64,000 nt of DNA from Candidatus Komeilibacteria bacterium (GTDB lineage: Bacteria; Patescibacteriota; Patescibacteriia; UBA1558; UBA10009), in the NCBI GenBank assembly GCA_030688315.1, contig JAUYIT010000027.1:33135-97134 (forward strand). The letters are read 5' to 3'. The stretch's first letter is position 1. Each line of letters starts with the position of its first letter. Under the pieces are notes generated by a model. It was not told the DNA's origin. It did not search any database and saw nothing but the letters and a program-made list of their open reading frames with translations. Positions 47,231 to 56,931 of this stretch are shown piece after piece. The position numbers were made by a program, and so were the translations under genes.

Positions 47231-48697
47231 ATGCATACTATTGATCAAATAATCGAAAAAATCCGGTCCTACAATCCGCTGGTAGATGAAAAACTCCTCC
47301 GCGATGCCTATGAATTCGCGGCCATGGCCCATGCCGGCCAAAAACGCTTAACCGGCGAAGATTACATCCAGCATTCATTGGCCACCATGTCCAACTTGGC
47401 TTCATTAAGAATGGACACGCCCACTTTGGTGGCCGGCTTGCTTCATGATGTGCCGGAAGATACGAGTTATACGCTGGAGGATATCCGGAAAAAATTCGGC
47501 AAAGAAGTAGCCAAACTAGTGGAAGGCATTACCAAGCTTGGTACTTTAAAATACCGCGGCCTGGAGCGCTACGCCGAAAACCTGCGCAAAATGTTTATTG
47601 CCATGGCCGAGGATATTAGAATCATCATTATAAAATTTGCCGACCGGCTGAATAATTTACAAACCTTAAGCCATTTGCGGCCCGATAAAAGAAAACGAAT
47701 CGCTTTGGAAACTTTGGAAATTTACGCGCCCATTGCCAACCGGTTAGGCATGGGCGATATGAAAGGCAATCTGGAAGATTTGGCTTTTCCTTACGCCATG
47801 CCCAAGGAATATACCTGGGTGGTGGGTATTTCCCAAAGCCGGCTAAAAATTGAAAAAAAATATTTGGAAAAAATCAAAAAAATCCTGCATAAGGAACTGC
47901 TGGAAAACAGCATTCCGGTTACCTCCATTGACGTGCGCATCAAGCACCTATACTCTCTCTATAAAAAAATCTTGGAAAAAGAGCGCGATATTGATAAGGT
48001 TTACGATTTAATCGCCGTTCGCATCATCTGTAAAAGCGTGGCCGATTGCTACCGCGTGTTGGGCGCGATTCATAAAAAATGGGTGCCCTTAAAAGGCCGC
48101 ATCAAGGATTACATTGCCCAGCCCAAACCCAACGGCTACCAATCTTTACACACCACCGTTTTTGCCGATAAGGGTAAAATCGTGGAATTCCAAATCCGCG
48201 ATGAAGAAATGCACGAGCTGGCCGAATACGGCGTGGCCGCCCACTTGAGGTACAAGGAATTCGGCGCTAAAAAAATGAGCAAGGAAAAAACCGAGTGGCT
48301 GAAAAACCTGTTGATCATCCAAAAAAAAATCGCCGACAACAACGCTTATCTGGCGGAAGTAAAAGTGGATGTATTCCAAAACCGGATTTTTGTGTTTACG
48401 CCCAAGGGCGACGTAATTGATCTGCCCGAAAACGCCACGCCGGTGGATTTTGCCTATCACATCCACACCGATATCGGCGACAAGTGCGCCAGCGCCATCA
48501 TCAATGACCAGATTGCCCCGCTCTCCAGTAGGTTAAGAAGCGGCGACGTGGTGGAAATAAAAATCAATAAAAACCGGACCGTGCCTAATGAGGACTGGCT
48601 CAATTTTGTGCGCACCAATTTGGCCAAAGATAAAATCCGCCAATCTTTAAGGCAAAAACAAGAAGGCGTAATTAGCCGCCTTCTGAATAGGGAATGA
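47231..48697 (+). CDS. rel: RelA/SpoT-homologue (p)ppGpp synthetase/hydrolase, short form (HD + synthetase + TGS, no ACT/C-terminal regulatory domain)
   Basis: 488 aa. HD motif HDVPEDT, synthetase-domain pattern, TGS domain (VFTPKGDVIDLPENATPVDFAY). Ends with TGA. Confidence 0.85.
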   Translation: MHTIDQIIEKIRSYNPLVDEKLLRDAYEFAAMAHAGQKRLTGEDYIQHSLATMSNLASLRMDTPTLVAGLLHDVPEDTSYTLEDIRKKFGKEVAKLVEGITKLGTLKYRGLERYAENLRKMFIAMAEDIRIIIIKFADRLNNLQTLSHLRPDKRKRIALETLEIYAPIANRLGMGDMKGNLEDLAFPYAMPKEYTWVVGISQSRLKIEKKYLEKIKKILHKELLENSIPVTSIDVRIKHLYSLYKKILEKERDIDKVYDLIAVRIICKSVADCYRVLGAIHKKWVPLKGRIKDYIAQPKPNGYQSLHTTVFADKGKIVEFQIRDEEMHELAEYGVAAHLRYKEFGAKKMSKEKTEWLKNLLIIQKKIADNNAYLAEVKVDVFQNRIFVFTPKGDVIDLPENATPVDFAYHIHTDIGDKCASAIINDQIAPLSSRLRSGDVVEIKINKNRTVPNEDWLNFVRTNLAKDKIRQSLRQKQEGVISRLLNRE

Positions 48698-48709
48698 CAA
48701 AATAAAAAT

Positions 48710-49621
48710 TCAACTTAATTTTTCAACCAACGAATTCAATTCTTCAGCCGAGTAATAATCAATGGTGACGGTACCGCCGTCGCCTTTTTGGTTGATGTTG
48801 ACTTTAGTACCTAACGCCCTTCTTAATGTTTCTTCCTTAGCTTGAATTTCCACGTCTTTACCCGTACTGCGTCGGTAACTTTTGACTGTGACCTGCCGGG
48901 CTTCGCCTTCTGCTTGCCTGACCGTAAGATTTAAAGATAAAATTTTCTTAAACAGTTTTAATCTTTCGCCATCACCCGGCTGACCCAAAATTATTTTAGC
49001 ATGTCCGGGCGAAAGCTTTTTCTCCATCAGCGCATCTTGAATTTCCTTGGGCAAACCCAACAGGCGCAAAGCGTTGGCAATGGTGGTTCTTTTTTTACCC
49101 ACCCGTTCGCCCACTTCTTCCTGGGTTAAGCTGAATTCGTCAATCAATTTTTGATAAGCCCTAGCTTCTTCAATGGGGTTTAAATCGGCGCGCTGTAAAT
49201 TTTCCACCAAAGCAATTTCCAGTTGCTCCAACTCCTCGGCCTGCCGCACTAAACACGGCACCGTGGGCAGTTCCAAAATGGTGGCCGCTCTAAAGCGCCG
49301 CTCGCCGGCAATTAATTGAAATTTGCCCGCTTCGCCCGCGAAGCGAGGCGAGTTGTTTTTGCCGGGAATGACGATTAACGGCTGTAAAATGCCGTGCTTT
49401 TTAATGGAATTAACCAGATCTTCCAACTCGTCATAGGCAAAATGCTCGCGCGGCTGATGCGGATTGGCGACAATATCGGCCAGCTTGATTTTCCTCACCC
49501 GCTCATCGGTATCTTCCAAAACCGCCGCCAACGGAGCTACCGAAGCGGTTGAATCTTGAGATAATTTATTGGGAATTAAGGAACTTAATCCCCTGCCTAA
49601 GCCTCCTTTTTGCATGGACAT
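48710..49621 (-). CDS. parB: chromosome partitioning protein ParB/Spo0J
   Basis: 303 aa. ParB box GERRFRAA, HTH, C-terminal dimerisation region. Confidence 0.9.
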   Translation of the reverse strand: MSMQKGGLGRGLSSLIPNKLSQDSTASVAPLAAVLEDTDERVRKIKLADIVANPHQPREHFAYDELEDLVNSIKKHGILQPLIVIPGKNNSPRFAGEAGKFQLIAGERRFRAATILELPTVPCLVRQAEELEQLEIALVENLQRADLNPIEEARAYQKLIDEFSLTQEEVGERVGKKRTTIANALRLLGLPKEIQDALMEKKLSPGHAKIILGQPGDGERLKLFKKILSLNLTVRQAEGEARQVTVKSYRRSTGKDVEIQAKEETLRRALGTKVNINQKGDGGTVTIDYYSAEELNSLVEKLS

Positions 49622-49625
49622 AAAA

Positions 49626-50399
49626 TTAATACTGACCGCCTGATAAAATTACTTCTCTGGCTAATCTTTCGTAAGCCTTGGCGCCTTTGCCGTACGGATC
49701 ATATTCCAAAATCGTTTGTCCGTAAGAAGGCGCTTCGGCCAAGCGCACGTTGCGCGGGATAATCGACCTAAAAATCTTTTTGGGAAAATGCTGATACAGT
49801 TCGTTAAAAACCGCTTCGGATAAACTGTTGCGGCCATCGTACATGGTCAGCACCGCGCCTAAAATATTCAAATCGGGTTTTAAGTTGTTTTGAATCAAGT
49901 CAATCGTGTACAATAACTGCGATAAACCCTCCAAAGCGTAATACTCGCACTGTACCGGAATCAGCAGTTCGCTGGAAGCCACCATGCCGTTGATGGTTAA
50001 CAGCCCCAGCGACGGCGGGTTATCAATCAAAATAAAATCGTAATCCTCCAAAATCGGGCGCAAGTTGTCGCTCAAACGGAATTCGCGTCGGTCAACGCCC
50101 ACCAGTTCCACGGCCGCCCCGGCCAGATTCAAATTGGCGGGCGCCAGATGCAGATTATCAACTCTGGTTTTTACTAACACGTCGGTCATGGTAACGGGAT
50201 CAACCATCATTACATCATAAATGCCTTTTTCAATATTTTGGTAATCCACGCCCAAACCCGAGGAAGCGTTGCCCTGGGGATCAATATCAATCAACATCAC
50301 CTTTTGTCCGTAGGCAGCCAAATAAGCGGCCAAATTGACCGCCGTGGTGGTTTTACCCACTCCGCCTTTTTGATTGATGATGGAAATTACTCGAGCCAT
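49626..50399 (-). CDS. parA: chromosome partitioning ATPase ParA/Soj
   Basis: Deviant Walker A KGGVGKTTTAVNLAAYLA. The track start at 50462 is a TTG; the ATG at 50399 (MARVISIINQKGG...) is preferred. Confidence 0.9.
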   Translation of the reverse strand: MARVISIINQKGGVGKTTTAVNLAAYLAAYGQKVMLIDIDPQGNASSGLGVDYQNIEKGIYDVMMVDPVTMTDVLVKTRVDNLHLAPANLNLAGAAVELVGVDRREFRLSDNLRPILEDYDFILIDNPPSLGLLTINGMVASSELLIPVQCEYYALEGLSQLLYTIDLIQNNLKPDLNILGAVLTMYDGRNSLSEAVFNELYQHFPKKIFRSIIPRNVRLAEAPSYGQTILEYDPYGKGAKAYERLAREVILSGGQY

Positions 50400-50547
50400 A
50401 TTGAGGTAATTATACTGAAAATTTGAGAAATTATCAATCATGCCCCACCAAACCCTTGACAAATATTATTAATTGTGATAGTTTGATATGAAATCTAAAA
50501 TAACTCTTAGATTCAACTAAACCGCACTTTCAAAAAAGGGAGGAAGT

Positions 50548-50970
50548 ATGTGGAGTGAGGAATGGCAAGAAACTATTCACCAAGATACACCTTGGCGGGT
50601 AATAGCATCAACTCTTAGAAGGATTTGTGAACAAATCCCCTCAGAACCAGACACAACCCTGGAAATTAATTTCGGGCGGGCAAAAAAGGGGCCCAACGAA
50701 TTCTATAAGGTAAACAAAATCTACGCGAGTTACTTTTTAAGATTTATCCCGCTTGAGGAGCGGGAAACTGTACTTTCGATATGCTTACCTTTGGATCTCT
50801 ACGATCATGAGCTCTACTTTAGTGTCAATGAAACCATTGTAGACATCGTGATATCGGTATTTGGTTGTGAAGAGTTTAGGGCCTTTGCAAAAGAACATCA
50901 TTTGACCGTCATGATAAACCAACTAACCGTGTTTGTCAGAGGTACACACAGGCCCATCGGAGCTGACTAA
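50548..50970 (+). CDS. hypothetical protein (unusually strong SD AAGGGAGGAAG)
   Basis: 140 aa with no recognisable motif. Preceded by a TTGACA-17-nt promoter-like box and a consensus SD, which is rare in this window. Confidence 0.45.
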   Translation: MWSEEWQETIHQDTPWRVIASTLRRICEQIPSEPDTTLEINFGRAKKGPNEFYKVNKIYASYFLRFIPLEERETVLSICLPLDLYDHELYFSVNETIVDIVISVFGCEEFRAFAKEHHLTVMINQLTVFVRGTHRPIGAD

Positions 50971-51051
50971 CAACAACCTCAGCTCCGATTTTTTTATCAT
51001 CAACAATTGACAAAATAATCAAATTGCTTTATTATTGAAAACGATATTTAG

Positions 51052-51138
<87 letters not shown>

Positions 51139-51285
51139 CGTCGTAATTCGGTTACAGCTTCCGTTTTTCGACTGAGTCGAAAAACTCCAGCTTTCACCAA
51201 ATTACTCCTTTTAAAAATCCCTTTCGCTTACGCTCAAGGGATTTTTATTATTTATTAAATGGACCGAACCTGCTAAAATAGGGAT

Positions 51286-53349
51286 ATGTTGACTTTAGAG
51301 ACATCTATTGAAAACCTGACCAAAGTGGGAAAAACAGTGGCCTCGCGTTTACAAAACCTGGGGATTTTTAACGTTTTGGATTTGCTCAATTACTACCCCT
51401 TCCGCTATGACGATTTTTCCACTTTAAAAAAAATCAAAGATTTACAGCCGGGTGATATTGCCACGGTAAAAGGCAAAATTGAACTACTGGCCAATAAACG
51501 CTCGTTTAAGAAAAAAATGTTTATTACCGAGTGTTTTTTAAGCGACGAGACCGGCTCCATTAAAGCAACTTGGTTTGCCCAGCCCTTTATTGCCAAAGTC
51601 CTTAAAAACGGCGATGAAGTTTACTTTTCCGGCAAAGTTGACGGCGACCTGTTTAATCATTACCTCAAAAATCCGTCTTACGAAAAAGTGAGCGACCAAA
51701 CCACGCATACGGCCCGTTTGGTGCCGATCTATGCCGCCACCGAAGGCATTAGCCAAAAACAACTGCGCTTTTTAATCAAGCAGGCCTTAAGCGTTGTTGA
51801 TCTAATTGAGGATGATTTGCCGGAGCAAATTAAAACCTTCTGGCAGTTGATTGACTTAACTCGCGCCCTTAAGCAAATTCATTTTCCGGAAAACAAGGCG
51901 GAGCTGGAACAGGCCAGAACCCGGCTCAAGTTTAACGAACTACTGGGCTGGCATTTACAGAACATATTATTAAAAAAAGATGTACAAGAAAGTTTAGCCG
52001 CGCCCATTCAATTTAACGAAGAGCAGACCAAAAAGTTGGTCAATAATTTGAGCTTCCAGCTTACCGATGCTCAACGGAAGAGCGCCTGGCAAATTTTAAT
52101 TGACATGGCTAAAACCAAACCCATGAACCGCTTGCTGGAAGGCGATGTGGGCGCCGGTAAAACCGTGGTGGCCGCTTTGGCCATTGCCAATGCCGGGCTG
52201 AATGGGTTTCAGTCCGCCCTTTTGGCGCCCACGGAAATTCTGGCTTTCCAGCATTTTTTGGCTTTTAAGGAAATCTTAGGTCCGCTCAACCTCAATGTGG
52301 CCTTGTTAACCAGAAGTAAGGGCCAGGTTTTTAATACGGCCGATAACGCCCCCACAACATTAAGCAAAGCCAAACTGCTTAAAACCATAGCCAACGGTGA
52401 AATACAATTGGTCATTGGCACGCAGGCCTTATTGGAAGATAAAGTTATTTTTAACAAGTTAGGTTTGGCGGTAATTGACGAACAACATCGTTTTGGCGTG
52501 GAGCAACGGCAAAAGCTAAGGGAAAAATCGGGCGACCCCGCTACCACTCCTCACTTTTTATCCATGACGGCCACGCCTATCCCCCGCACGCTGGCGCTGA
52601 CCTGGTACGGCGATTTGGATATTTCCGTTTTGGATGAGCTGCCGCCCGACCGGAAAAAACCGATTACTCAATTATTCAGTCCGAACAAAAGAAATCAGGC
52701 CTATGAATTTATTTTGGAAAAGATTAAGGAAGGACGACAGGCCTTTATCATCTGTCCGCTAATTGAAGAATCGGATAAATTGGGCGTTAAGTCGGCCACC
52801 GAAGAATATCAAAAACTGAAGGAAGAAATTTTTCCGCAACTAAACATCGGGTTGTTGCACGGCAAACTTAAGCCCAAGGAAAAAGACCGAATAATGGCCG
52901 AGTTCGCGGGTGGCCAAACTGATATTTTAGTGGCCACTTCGGTGGTGGAAGTTGGCGTTAACGTGCCCAACGCCAGCGTGATGATTATTGAATCTGCGGA
53001 ACGGTTCGGCCTGGCCCAGCTACATCAGTTTAGAGGCCGAGTCAACCGCTCCAGACATCAGGCGTACTGCCTTTTGTTTACCGCCAGCCAGGCCGAAAAG
53101 TCTTTAAATCGCCTTAACACCCTGGTTAATTGCTATGACGGTTTTAAACTGGCCGAAGAGGATTTAAAACAAAGGGGGGCGGGCAATTTGCTCGGCCTCC
53201 AGCAATCAGGAGTTTGGAATTTTAAACTGGCTTCATTTGCCGATACCAACCTCCTGGAGCAAACCAAAAAAGCCGCCGACCTTATTGCCAGCGACTATCC
53301 TGAATTTATGCAAAGGTTGAAAGACACAACCGTCATCCATCCCGAATAA
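51286..53349 (+). CDS. recG: ATP-dependent DNA helicase RecG
   Basis: 687 aa. Wedge/OB N-terminus, helicase motifs I GDVGAGKT, II DEQHRFG, VI QLHQFRGRVNR. Confidence 0.93.
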   Translation: MLTLETSIENLTKVGKTVASRLQNLGIFNVLDLLNYYPFRYDDFSTLKKIKDLQPGDIATVKGKIELLANKRSFKKKMFITECFLSDETGSIKATWFAQPFIAKVLKNGDEVYFSGKVDGDLFNHYLKNPSYEKVSDQTTHTARLVPIYAATEGISQKQLRFLIKQALSVVDLIEDDLPEQIKTFWQLIDLTRALKQIHFPENKAELEQARTRLKFNELLGWHLQNILLKKDVQESLAAPIQFNEEQTKKLVNNLSFQLTDAQRKSAWQILIDMAKTKPMNRLLEGDVGAGKTVVAALAIANAGLNGFQSALLAPTEILAFQHFLAFKEILGPLNLNVALLTRSKGQVFNTADNAPTTLSKAKLLKTIANGEIQLVIGTQALLEDKVIFNKLGLAVIDEQHRFGVEQRQKLREKSGDPATTPHFLSMTATPIPRTLALTWYGDLDISVLDELPPDRKKPITQLFSPNKRNQAYEFILEKIKEGRQAFIICPLIEESDKLGVKSATEEYQKLKEEIFPQLNIGLLHGKLKPKEKDRIMAEFAGGQTDILVATSVVEVGVNVPNASVMIIESAERFGLAQLHQFRGRVNRSRHQAYCLLFTASQAEKSLNRLNTLVNCYDGFKLAEEDLKQRGAGNLLGLQQSGVWNFKLASFADTNLLEQTKKAADLIASDYPEFMQRLKDTTVIHPE

Positions 53350-53350
53350 C

Positions 53351-53478
53351 AGGCCTTGCCTTTCACCGTCATTGCGAGGAGCGGAGCGACGAAGCAATCC
53401 CGATGTTTATACTAGTAATAACGGGATTGCCGCGCCCGCCTAATCGGCGGGCTCGCAATGACCGCTATGGCAAGGCCT
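53351..53478. repeat. nested-palindrome repeat copy filling the convergent recG/radA gap
   Basis: Outer inverted repeat aggccttgcc/ggcaaggcct, inner gtcattgcgagg...ctcgcaatgac, gacgaagcaatcccg...cgggattgc and gcccgcctaatcggcgggc modules. Confidence 0.8.
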
Positions 53479-53481
53479 GCG

Positions 53482-54819
53482 TTAATTCAACAGTCCGATA
53501 ATTTCCTTAACCTCTTTAACCTTAACCAACCCGGCCGAGGCGCCTTCAAAATAAGGCAGAATAATTTTGTTAAAACCCAATTTAACCGACTCCTTAACTC
53601 TCTCTTTGGTTTTGGCAACCGACCTCACTTCTCCGGCCAAACCCACTTCGCCAAAAATCACCGTTTTAGCCGGCACCACTCTATCCTGATAAGCGGATAT
53701 AATACTGGCACACACGGCCAAATCCAAAGCCGGTTCTTTTAAAGTTAAGCCACCGGCGATATTTAAATAAATATCAAAATTACTTAAATTAATCGCCGCT
53801 CTTTTACTTAATACCGTGGCCAGCATTTCCAAACGCCTTTGATCAAAACCCGAAGCGGAACGTTTAGGATAATTATTTGAAGTTTTGGCCACCAAGGCCT
53901 GCACTTCCACCAAAAACACCTGCGAACCCTCGGCTACGGCGCAAATAACCGAGCCGGGCTGATGATGACTTTCCGCTAAAAATATTTTTGAAGGGTTAAC
54001 CACGGCTTTTAAACCCTCTTTAACCATTTCCAAAATCGCCACTTCATCGGTGGGGCCAAAACGGTTTTTGGAAGCGCGCAACAAGCGATATTGTTTGTAT
54101 TTATCGCCTTCCAAATACAGCACTGTATCCACCAAATGCTCCATGGTTTTGGGCCCGGCCAAATCTCCTTCTTTGGTTACGTGGCCGATAATAATGATGG
54201 CGGTTTTGCCGCTCTTAGCTAAAGTCAGCAACTTGGCGGTACAGGCCTTAATTTGATTTAAATTGCCGACCGCGTTGGTAATTTCTTCGGTATAAACGGT
54301 TTGAATGGAATCAATCACGGCCAGTTTTGGCTGTTCACTTTCAATGGTGGCGATAATCGTTTCCAAATGATCTTCATTTAAAAACCTTAATCCGCCTTGG
54401 CCTTTGCCTAAACGTGACAAACGACCAGATACCTGATCAGTTGATTCTTCAGCGGAAACATACAACACTCCGTCTTTAAAACTATTGACGATTTGCAAAG
54501 CCAAAGTTGATTTGCCCACGCCCGGATCGCCGCCCAGCAAAATCAAACTACCCGGAGTAATTCCGCCCCCCAGCACTTTATCAAATTCAGCAAAACCCGT
54601 AGGCAATTTTTTCGCCCGCGACCCGCTTATGGAAAGATGGGTTAATTCCACGACGTCTTTTGATGCCTTGGAACTTGGACCTTGAACCTTTTTTGTTGAT
54701 TGACTCTTGTTAGTCGTTTCTTCGGTCAGCGTTCCCCACGCCCCGCACTCCAAACACCGCCCCGCCCATTTAATGGCCTGTGCGTCACACTTGGAACAGG
54801 TAAAGATTGTGTTACTCAT
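53482..54819 (-). CDS. radA: DNA repair protein RadA/Sms
   Basis: 445 aa. C4 zinc finger CSKC...CLEC, RecA-like Walker A GGDPGVGKSTL, KNRFG motif, Lon-protease-like C-domain. Confidence 0.93.
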   Translation of the reverse strand: MSNTIFTCSKCDAQAIKWAGRCLECGAWGTLTEETTNKSQSTKKVQGPSSKASKDVVELTHLSISGSRAKKLPTGFAEFDKVLGGGITPGSLILLGGDPGVGKSTLALQIVNSFKDGVLYVSAEESTDQVSGRLSRLGKGQGGLRFLNEDHLETIIATIESEQPKLAVIDSIQTVYTEEITNAVGNLNQIKACTAKLLTLAKSGKTAIIIIGHVTKEGDLAGPKTMEHLVDTVLYLEGDKYKQYRLLRASKNRFGPTDEVAILEMVKEGLKAVVNPSKIFLAESHHQPGSVICAVAEGSQVFLVEVQALVAKTSNNYPKRSASGFDQRRLEMLATVLSKRAAINLSNFDIYLNIAGGLTLKEPALDLAVCASIISAYQDRVVPAKTVIFGEVGLAGEVRSVAKTKERVKESVKLGFNKIILPYFEGASAGLVKVKEVKEIIGLLN

Positions 54820-55147
54820 TTTCTATTTCTTGCAAAATTACAGCTAAATGATACTCAAGATCCTTCTGGTTGATATTTTCCGTATTACCCTTAAAATAAA
54901 TAGTGATGGGAATCAAGGTATTCCTGAATTCCCAAAGAAAAACAATAACCCGAAATGACTTGCTCTTGCCCCTAGGTAAATCTGAACTTTTCAGACGCAG
55001 TTTATATAACTTATGACCCAAGGGTGTAACTAAATCTTTATTAAAATCCTTTAACTGCTTAATTAAATCATCAGTTAAGCCCGGGTATTTCTTTAAAAGA
55101 GATTTTAGTTGTCTTAAAAAATGAACTGCTAAATAAATCTCATACAT
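54812..55147 (-). CDS. RelE/ParE-superfamily toxin-like protein (type II TA toxin)
   Basis: 111 aa, basic. Its start overlaps the radA stop region and it sits 2 nt downstream of an RHH protein gene. The pattern KLYKLRLKSSDLPRGKSKSFRVIVF..IYFKG is consistent with the RelE/HigB fold. Confidence 0.5.
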   Translation of the reverse strand: MYEIYLAVHFLRQLKSLLKKYPGLTDDLIKQLKDFNKDLVTPLGHKLYKLRLKSSDLPRGKSKSFRVIVFLWEFRNTLIPITIYFKGNTENINQKDLEYHLAVILQEIENE

Positions 55148-55151
55148 AAAC

Positions 55152-55415
55152 TTACAAGTCCGCTAATTTAGATAGTTGCTTTTTAATGGAAGGAATGTTC
55201 CTCTTTTTATATTTCTTTTCCAAGGCGCTCTCCAGAGCTCCACTTAGATAAGCGAATCGAGGGTTGCCTTCCAAAGGCATCTTACCTTCTTCATCAATGT
55301 ATTTTATTACGGCAAAACGAAAAAATTCCGCCTTACTCGGAAAGCCCTTAACTTTTATCGTCTGGCTGATCTTTTGCTCTAAGACCCGGGGAATGGAGAA
55401 ATTAATTATAGGCAT
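55152..55415 (-). CDS. ribbon-helix-helix (CopG/RHH) antitoxin-like protein
   Basis: 87 aa. N-terminal beta-strand IINFSIPRVLEQKI followed by two helices. Encoded immediately upstream of the toxin-like gene. Confidence 0.5.
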   Translation of the reverse strand: MPIINFSIPRVLEQKISQTIKVKGFPSKAEFFRFAVIKYIDEEGKMPLEGNPRFAYLSGALESALEKKYKKRNIPSIKKQLSKLADL

Positions 55416-55426
55416 AAGTATATTGA

Positions 55427-55906
55427 TTACATATTTAATACATATATAATATCAAATTGCCAAAAACTTGTCAAATGACCACTTAACAGGTACTTGTTAA
55501 ACATTCTGGTGCGTTTAGTAGCTAGCTCAGGATCCTCAATTTCTTTAACCCTCTCATAACCTACTTTAGCCAGCCAACGTTTGAATGGCTCAGCTTTAGG
55601 GGATGGGATTGATTGGATTATGCGAAAAATACCTTCTGTGTTAGCGCAGTCGGTTTCGTACTTTTTACCGTCAGAGGACTCTAATTTCAGTTGTTTACAA
55701 ATTGTAGACAACTGAACTCCATCCTCATCTTTGACCCGGGCTTTCATTGCGCTCCAATAAACACTGGGCTTAGCGCTATCCGTCAGCACTTCTACCACAT
55801 CCACAACCGAAAACCACCATTCGTTGTTGTGAATAACTTTACGGACTTCTTTGCCTTTAAAAACAACGATTTTAATTGTTTCTGGGTGATTATTTGATTC
55901 CTGCAT
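55427..55906 (-). CDS. Bro-N domain protein (phage/mobile-element-associated DNA-binding domain)
   Basis: IKIVVFKGKEVRKVIHNNEWWFSVVDVVEVLTDSAKPSVYW matches the Bro-N/AntA N-terminal pattern. The track start at 55957 is a TTG; the ATG at 55906 is preferred. Confidence 0.6.
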   Translation of the reverse strand: MQESNNHPETIKIVVFKGKEVRKVIHNNEWWFSVVDVVEVLTDSAKPSVYWSAMKARVKDEDGVQLSTICKQLKLESSDGKKYETDCANTEGIFRIIQSIPSPKAEPFKRWLAKVGYERVKEIEDPELATKRTRMFNKYLLSGHLTSFWQFDIIYVLNM

Positions 55907-56154
55907 ATGTTTTATATTATTACTTATTAGCTTAAAAAGCAAACAAAACAGGGTCAAAAACCATTAGCCCCAAAGAGGCGGTAATTGACCCTGTTTTAAT
56001 TATTGTTATCTTAATTGAACCTCAAAAATCTGTCAAGTTGATAAGGTGGCGGCTGTTTTAAGCAACCAAAAAATCCTTTACCCCCGAAGCTCAAAGAGCG
56101 GAGGGGGCAACTGCCTAAAAACGATTGAGGGTTAAAATAATTTTGATTTACTCT

Positions 56155-56826
56155 TTACTGATCTCGGCAAGAAGCAGTACTAATATGATAGTGGTTACTA
56201 TTCTCCAATGCATGATAGCCTACATATCTTGCACACTGACTGATAGCTCTTTCAAAATATTGAAAATTTTCTTCATCACCAAAATCAACCGCGTATGACT
56301 TACCATCATTGACATCTCCTCCGTAATGGCATGAGTTCCAAAGATGGTCGCAATTTGCCGGCTTGTTGTTCTGAACATGACAGGCGCCCAAATTACCAAT
56401 ATAATCGGAATCGCTGATTGAGGAAATTCTGCCAATTACTACCGGCGGACTCCCTTCACGGCTAAGTTGTCTTTCAAATTCATTAAATTTTGGCCTTAAA
56501 CAATTTAAAAGATTTATTAATCCCTGGGAAGCATCAGATAGTTGCGCCTGAATACCGTCATCAAAGTGCCAACCGCCCGTAACACCCGCCTCATCAGCTC
56601 CTCCAAAATTTCTCTCCATACATGTTTTAGGCCCAATTGGAGGGTTAGCTACATAACAAATTTTATTACCCGGCAACCAGGTTACATTGTTGTTTGGGTT
56701 AGGAGAAGGACAAATACCTGATTTGCTAAAATTACCCATAACATCTTTGGTACAGATCATATCTTTAAATTTTGAACCTATATCTCCTGTAAAGGAGCTT
56801 AAGGCCAATCCCCCGACTTTCGCCAC
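56155..56826 (-). CDS. Cys-rich protein with possible LAS-type (M15/M23-like) zinc peptidoglycan-hydrolase motifs; in frame with the upstream 327-aa ORF across a single TAA
   Basis: 223 aa with 12 Cys. H-x6-D in CHYGGDVND and HxH in NHYHIS. GTG start at 56826 (first ATG at 56760). No signal peptide of its own. A strong hairpin terminator (aacagggtcaa...ttgaccctgtt) lies 3' of it. Confidence 0.4.
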   Translation of the reverse strand: MAKVGGLALSSFTGDIGSKFKDMICTKDVMGNFSKSGICPSPNPNNNVTWLPGNKICYVANPPIGPKTCMERNFGGADEAGVTGGWHFDDGIQAQLSDASQGLINLLNCLRPKFNEFERQLSREGSPPVVIGRISSISDSDYIGNLGACHVQNNKPANCDHLWNSCHYGGDVNDGKSYAVDFGDEENFQYFERAISQCARYVGYHALENSNHYHISTASCRDQ

Positions 56827-56931
56827 ACCATTATAATCAAAGCAATCATCTATCGTGGAACAATCAACATCAATTAACGCGCAAGTATTACCAATAATCT
56901 CATGTTTAAAGCTTGTTGAAAAAGTGCATAT

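Noticed and set aside
55958-56154. Possible small gene or attachment site between the Bro-N gene and the Cys-rich ORF
   Set aside because: It contains only a long hairpin (aacagggtcaa...ttgaccctgtt) that reads as the operon terminator. No direct repeat matching the other end of a putative element could be identified within the window.
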